Shown piece by piece: positions 60,817 to 64,000 of a stretch of DNA of 64,000 nt. Numbering within the stretch: position 1 is the stretch's first letter; every line of letters starts with the position of its first letter. Where the stretch lies: IMG/VR virus record IMGVR_UViG_3300033066_001295, positions 143,817 through 207,816 of that record. One strand, given 5' to 3'. The notes under the pieces are model-generated. The model saw only the letters and a list, made by a program, of their open reading frames with translations. It was not told where the DNA came from and ran no database searches. The position numbers and the translations under genes are program-made. This DNA is from a virus. Lineage: Duplodnaviria; Caudoviricetes.

Positions 60817-61398
60817 TTATTCTGTAAGGTATCCGACAATCTCAACCGTAACTCCACCTGTTGGTATAAGGCTGTGTACCTGAAGAAAACCTGTGGCCCA
60901 TAGAGGCACGATGTCCATGACATTGTCGGCAACAACATCACCTTGCCATGTGGTGGCACCAATGTACATAACCCTGACACCGTTGACAAAAACAATGGCA
61001 TAGGTAGTGCCATTTCCTGTATCTACGTTACCACATATAGCATGAGCCTTCACCAACATGTGTGTGGCACCAGTTGGCATACCGGGATAGCCAAAGTACA
61101 AAGTAAAGTTTGGTGTAGAGGATACAGCAGAGAAGATAAGAGTCCTAGAGTAAGTGAACCACTTCTTGTCCAAGTTGACAAGGCTCTGGGCTAGAGACTG
61201 ACCATTGACCAACTTGTGTGTGTTGCCAAGTGCTGTGTAATTTGGTGTGCCAGTAGGTGATGACCCGCCGCCTTGACCGATAAAGGTGGCAATGTTGCTG
61301 TCACCGGTCTGCCTAGCTGAAGTTTCGGCAGCATCTGCTGCTATACGGGCAGAAGTTTCAACATCCAGAAATCTTTTTGTTATAAGAGGATCAACCAT
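60817..61398 (-). CDS. short fibre/structural protein
   Basis: ETSARIAADAAETSARQTGD coiled-coil; beta-rich C-terminus ending IVGY. Confidence 0.55.
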   Translation of the reverse strand: MVDPLITKRFLDVETSARIAADAAETSARQTGDSNIATFIGQGGGSSPTGTPNYTALGNTHKLVNGQSLAQSLVNLDKKWFTYSRTLIFSAVSSTPNFTLYFGYPGMPTGATHMLVKAHAICGNVDTGNGTTYAIVFVNGVRVMYIGATTWQGDVVADNVMDIVPLWATGFLQVHSLIPTGGVTVEIVGYLTE

Positions 61399-61404
61399 AA
61401 TGTG

Positions 61405-61755
61405 TTATGAATACTTAGACCAATCGGGTTTGGTTTCGTTCTGCCATGCTTTTGACACAGCCACAACCCATCTCACCTGATCACCCATGTAAAAAACACT
61501 TTTTTTAAGCCTTCTCAAGTGAGACTTTACAACAGTGGCTTTTTTCTTTTTCGGTATAACAGAGACAAACCCAAAATTAAGACGCTCACCTGAATGAATC
61601 TTCTTTGAAAGGAAGCTGATAAGGGTATCCGCAGTAACCTTAGCGACATCTTCGTCCACATTACACATGGATGCTATATCCTCAATCAGCCTTTTCATGT
61701 ACTTCCGCCTAAATTCCTTTGCTGGTAGCATTGTTGTAGCTATCTTTGAAGCCAT
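61405..61755 (-). CDS. HU/IHF-like DNA-binding protein
   Basis: LIEDIASMCNVDEDVAK..LSKKIHSGERLNFGF. Confidence 0.5.
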   Translation of the reverse strand: MASKIATTMLPAKEFRRKYMKRLIEDIASMCNVDEDVAKVTADTLISFLSKKIHSGERLNFGFVSVIPKKKKATVVKSHLRRLKKSVFYMGDQVRWVVAVSKAWQNETKPDWSKYS

Positions 61756-61756
61756 A

Positions 61757-62923
61757 ATGTCGTCAGAATATACAGGGTTATACGTTGGTAAAGTTGAGAA
61801 GAGGGTTGACCCTAACCGTCAGGGACGCTTGAAAGTCCGTATTATAGGCATACACAATGATGAAATCAACGTGGATCAACTCCCATGGGCTTACCCCAAG
61901 AATAATGCTTGGAGCAAAGGTGGGTCTTTTAAGATACCACCAATCAGGTCATGGGTCTATGTTCAATTTCTAAATGGTAACCATGAGTACCCTGTGTGGG
62001 ACGGAAGCTGGTGGGGAACAGCAGAAACATCTGAAGGATCGTGGCTATCAGAGCATAAGATAGCCCCAACTTCTTGGTTCGGAGGTAATGCTGGTGAAGG
62101 ATTGCTGGAGATAGATGCTGACCCGGACACCAAGCCTGAAGACCAGCCAAATAACTTTTGTGATACATCAGTAAATAACAAGAGATATGAGTTTGATGAC
62201 AGGAAAGGTCGTGAAAGAGCAATATTTGCCGACCAGCTTGATAACATGCTTTATATCAACACCGAACAAGGTGTGCTAACTCTTGAAGCAGGTAGGGGTC
62301 TCCAAAATGGTGATTACTTCAAACAGGGAATAACATTCTCATCACACCTGAAAAGCATTCAGATGTACACCTTCAAAGGCTGGAAGCTCACCATAGACGC
62401 GCCGAAGGGTACTTTTGAAGTGTGCGCCCCAATAGGTCACAAATTCAGGATCGAAACGGCGTCAGAGGACGGTAGCAGCACAAAACAAAGGCTGGAGTTG
62501 TGGACCAACAAAGGAAACAAGCTCATCATTGACGAGGAGCACGAATTTGTTATACTAAAAACTGCCAAAGGAAAACATCTCTGGATTGATGATGCAGATG
62601 ACGGTGGTTTTCAGGTAAAAACGAACAAAGGCTACTTTTGCCTTGATGACGCTTCAGGTGATGGTGAACTATTTACTGAAGGTGACCTGAAAGTGAAGGT
62701 GAAAGGCAGCTTGGGAATGTCATGTGAGGGTAAACTCACTTTAGACGGTGCCCAAGGTGTGTTCTTCAATGAAGGTGCCCCCACAATACCAGCCAAAGGT
62801 CCAAACTTCGATACTGAAAAGAGTCCGTGGGAAGAAAAGAGACAGTACACGCTGCCTCAAAATATGGCAGACTTGAAAAGAGCCTTGGACTACCCATATT
62901 ATAAGGGTATTGATATGCCCTAA
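61757..62923 (+). CDS. gp5/VgrG-like baseplate spike (OB fold plus beta-helix)
   Basis: YVGKVEKRVDPNRQGRLKVRI..LPWA..IPPIRSWVYVQFLNGNHEYPVW. Confidence 0.85.
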   Translation: MSSEYTGLYVGKVEKRVDPNRQGRLKVRIIGIHNDEINVDQLPWAYPKNNAWSKGGSFKIPPIRSWVYVQFLNGNHEYPVWDGSWWGTAETSEGSWLSEHKIAPTSWFGGNAGEGLLEIDADPDTKPEDQPNNFCDTSVNNKRYEFDDRKGRERAIFADQLDNMLYINTEQGVLTLEAGRGLQNGDYFKQGITFSSHLKSIQMYTFKGWKLTIDAPKGTFEVCAPIGHKFRIETASEDGSSTKQRLELWTNKGNKLIIDEEHEFVILKTAKGKHLWIDDADDGGFQVKTNKGYFCLDDASGDGELFTEGDLKVKVKGSLGMSCEGKLTLDGAQGVFFNEGAPTIPAKGPNFDTEKSPWEEKRQYTLPQNMADLKRALDYPYYKGIDMP

Positions 62924-62925
62924 TC

Positions 62926-63951
62926 ATGCTGCCATCTGCCTACCTCATTGAATCACTGGAAGACAAGTTCGGACTTGTGTGGGTTGGATCGGGTGGCTCT
63001 GAAATCAACGTAAAGTGCCCTTTCTGTGTCATGCGAGGCCTTTCAGAGGACTTGAGCGGGCATCTGGCACTGAACTTTGGAAAAAATGTCGGGCACTGTG
63101 TAAGGTGTGACAGAGGCATAAAGGACTTAGTTGGGTGGTTGAAAAAGTACCACAACATGCCCTACCTAGTGGATGTCAGGAGAATTGGTTCAGACATCCA
63201 GAACCTGAAAAAGAAGCTGTCCGGGGCAACAGAGCCAGTACTTCTGATCAGTCAGGAGATAGGCCTACCAGCAGGAGCCAAGCCACTTGGTATATCAAAT
63301 TGGGGAAAAGGTGTTTACTCTGAATCTCTCATGAGAAAAAACATTCTCCCTGAAGAGATTGAAGAGTATCAGATACACTACTGCCCAGAGGGTAAGTACG
63401 AAGGGTATGTGATATTTCCCTTCATAGAAGATGATGAGGTGGTTTACTGGCAGGGTAGGGCAGCATTACCTGAACTGTTGAGGAAGACAAACCCTCCAAA
63501 GAACACCGCCCCATTGGGAAAAGCTCACTGGCTTTATCGCAGGGAGATGATCAAAAAAAGGTCAAAAGTATATCTGGTTGAAGGCAGCCTAGACCACATA
63601 TCAGCACAAAGGCACCTTACCAAGAACTTTGGTGAGGGTCACTACTCAACTTCACTACAAGGAACAGCCTTGTCATTCCCGTCTGAAGATGAGCACCCAC
63701 TCAACAGCCAGTTCGGCCAGCTAATGGACTTGGAACCGTCAGAAGTATGTGTATTGTTTGACCCTGACGCACGCAAAAAGGCTGAAGCACTCGCCAACAT
63801 ACTAAACCTATGTGGCCTTCCTGCATATGCAGGTGACCTCTACTTGGGTGACCCAAATGAGGTTGATGAAGAAGAATTTCTCAGGGCAACAGCAAAGAAA
63901 ACGCCACTGCAAAAACTCGAACACCAAATTTTAACACTCAAACCAAGATGA
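62926..63951 (+). CDS. DNA primase (gp61/DnaG-like)
   Basis: CPFC..H..CVRC Zn finger; VIFPF..YWQGR; LVEGSLD; LFDPDA TOPRIM. Confidence 0.9.
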   Translation: MLPSAYLIESLEDKFGLVWVGSGGSEINVKCPFCVMRGLSEDLSGHLALNFGKNVGHCVRCDRGIKDLVGWLKKYHNMPYLVDVRRIGSDIQNLKKKLSGATEPVLLISQEIGLPAGAKPLGISNWGKGVYSESLMRKNILPEEIEEYQIHYCPEGKYEGYVIFPFIEDDEVVYWQGRAALPELLRKTNPPKNTAPLGKAHWLYRREMIKKRSKVYLVEGSLDHISAQRHLTKNFGEGHYSTSLQGTALSFPSEDEHPLNSQFGQLMDLEPSEVCVLFDPDARKKAEALANILNLCGLPAYAGDLYLGDPNEVDEEEFLRATAKKTPLQKLEHQILTLKPR

Positions 63952-64000
63952 TCACAGCAGAACAGGCAAAGAGGCACAGGGAGTCCATCAAAGCAAACCC

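Noticed and set aside
1-64000. Alternative genetic code
   Set aside because: Long conserved genes are intact in code 11 and use TAA, TAG and TGA as stops; only one in-frame TGA was noticed

Overview
A 64-kb segment of a large T4-like (gp23-type) myovirus or jumbo phage genome using the standard genetic code. The left part (about 4.7-27 kb, mostly minus strand) is an RNA island. It holds 43 cloverleaf tRNA genes covering all 20 amino acids, six YrlA/Y-RNA-like elements, a stand-alone circularly permuted tRNA module, minihelix and expanded tRNA mimics, and many unassigned structured RNAs. HNH endonucleases and small ORFs are interspersed, four of them carrying fragments of a major capsid protein. 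42 of the 43 tRNAs replace U55 with G55, and most also have A18 instead of G18. At the 5' end of the island is a sigma70-type promoter, a leaderless 30-codon leader ORF using 27 different codons, and mutually exclusive antiterminator/terminator hairpins: a candidate attenuator that senses loss of almost any tRNA. The right part (30-64 kb) encodes baseplate, tail and fibre proteins, a GIY-YIG endonuclease, an endolysin, gp47-like nuclease, gp41-like and UvsW-like helicases, neck protein, large terminase, gp5-like spike and primase. A TAnnTAT(T) motif 3-5 nt before many ATGs is a candidate late promoter, and many genes appear leaderless. All calls are from reading by eye; no searches or folding programs were run.
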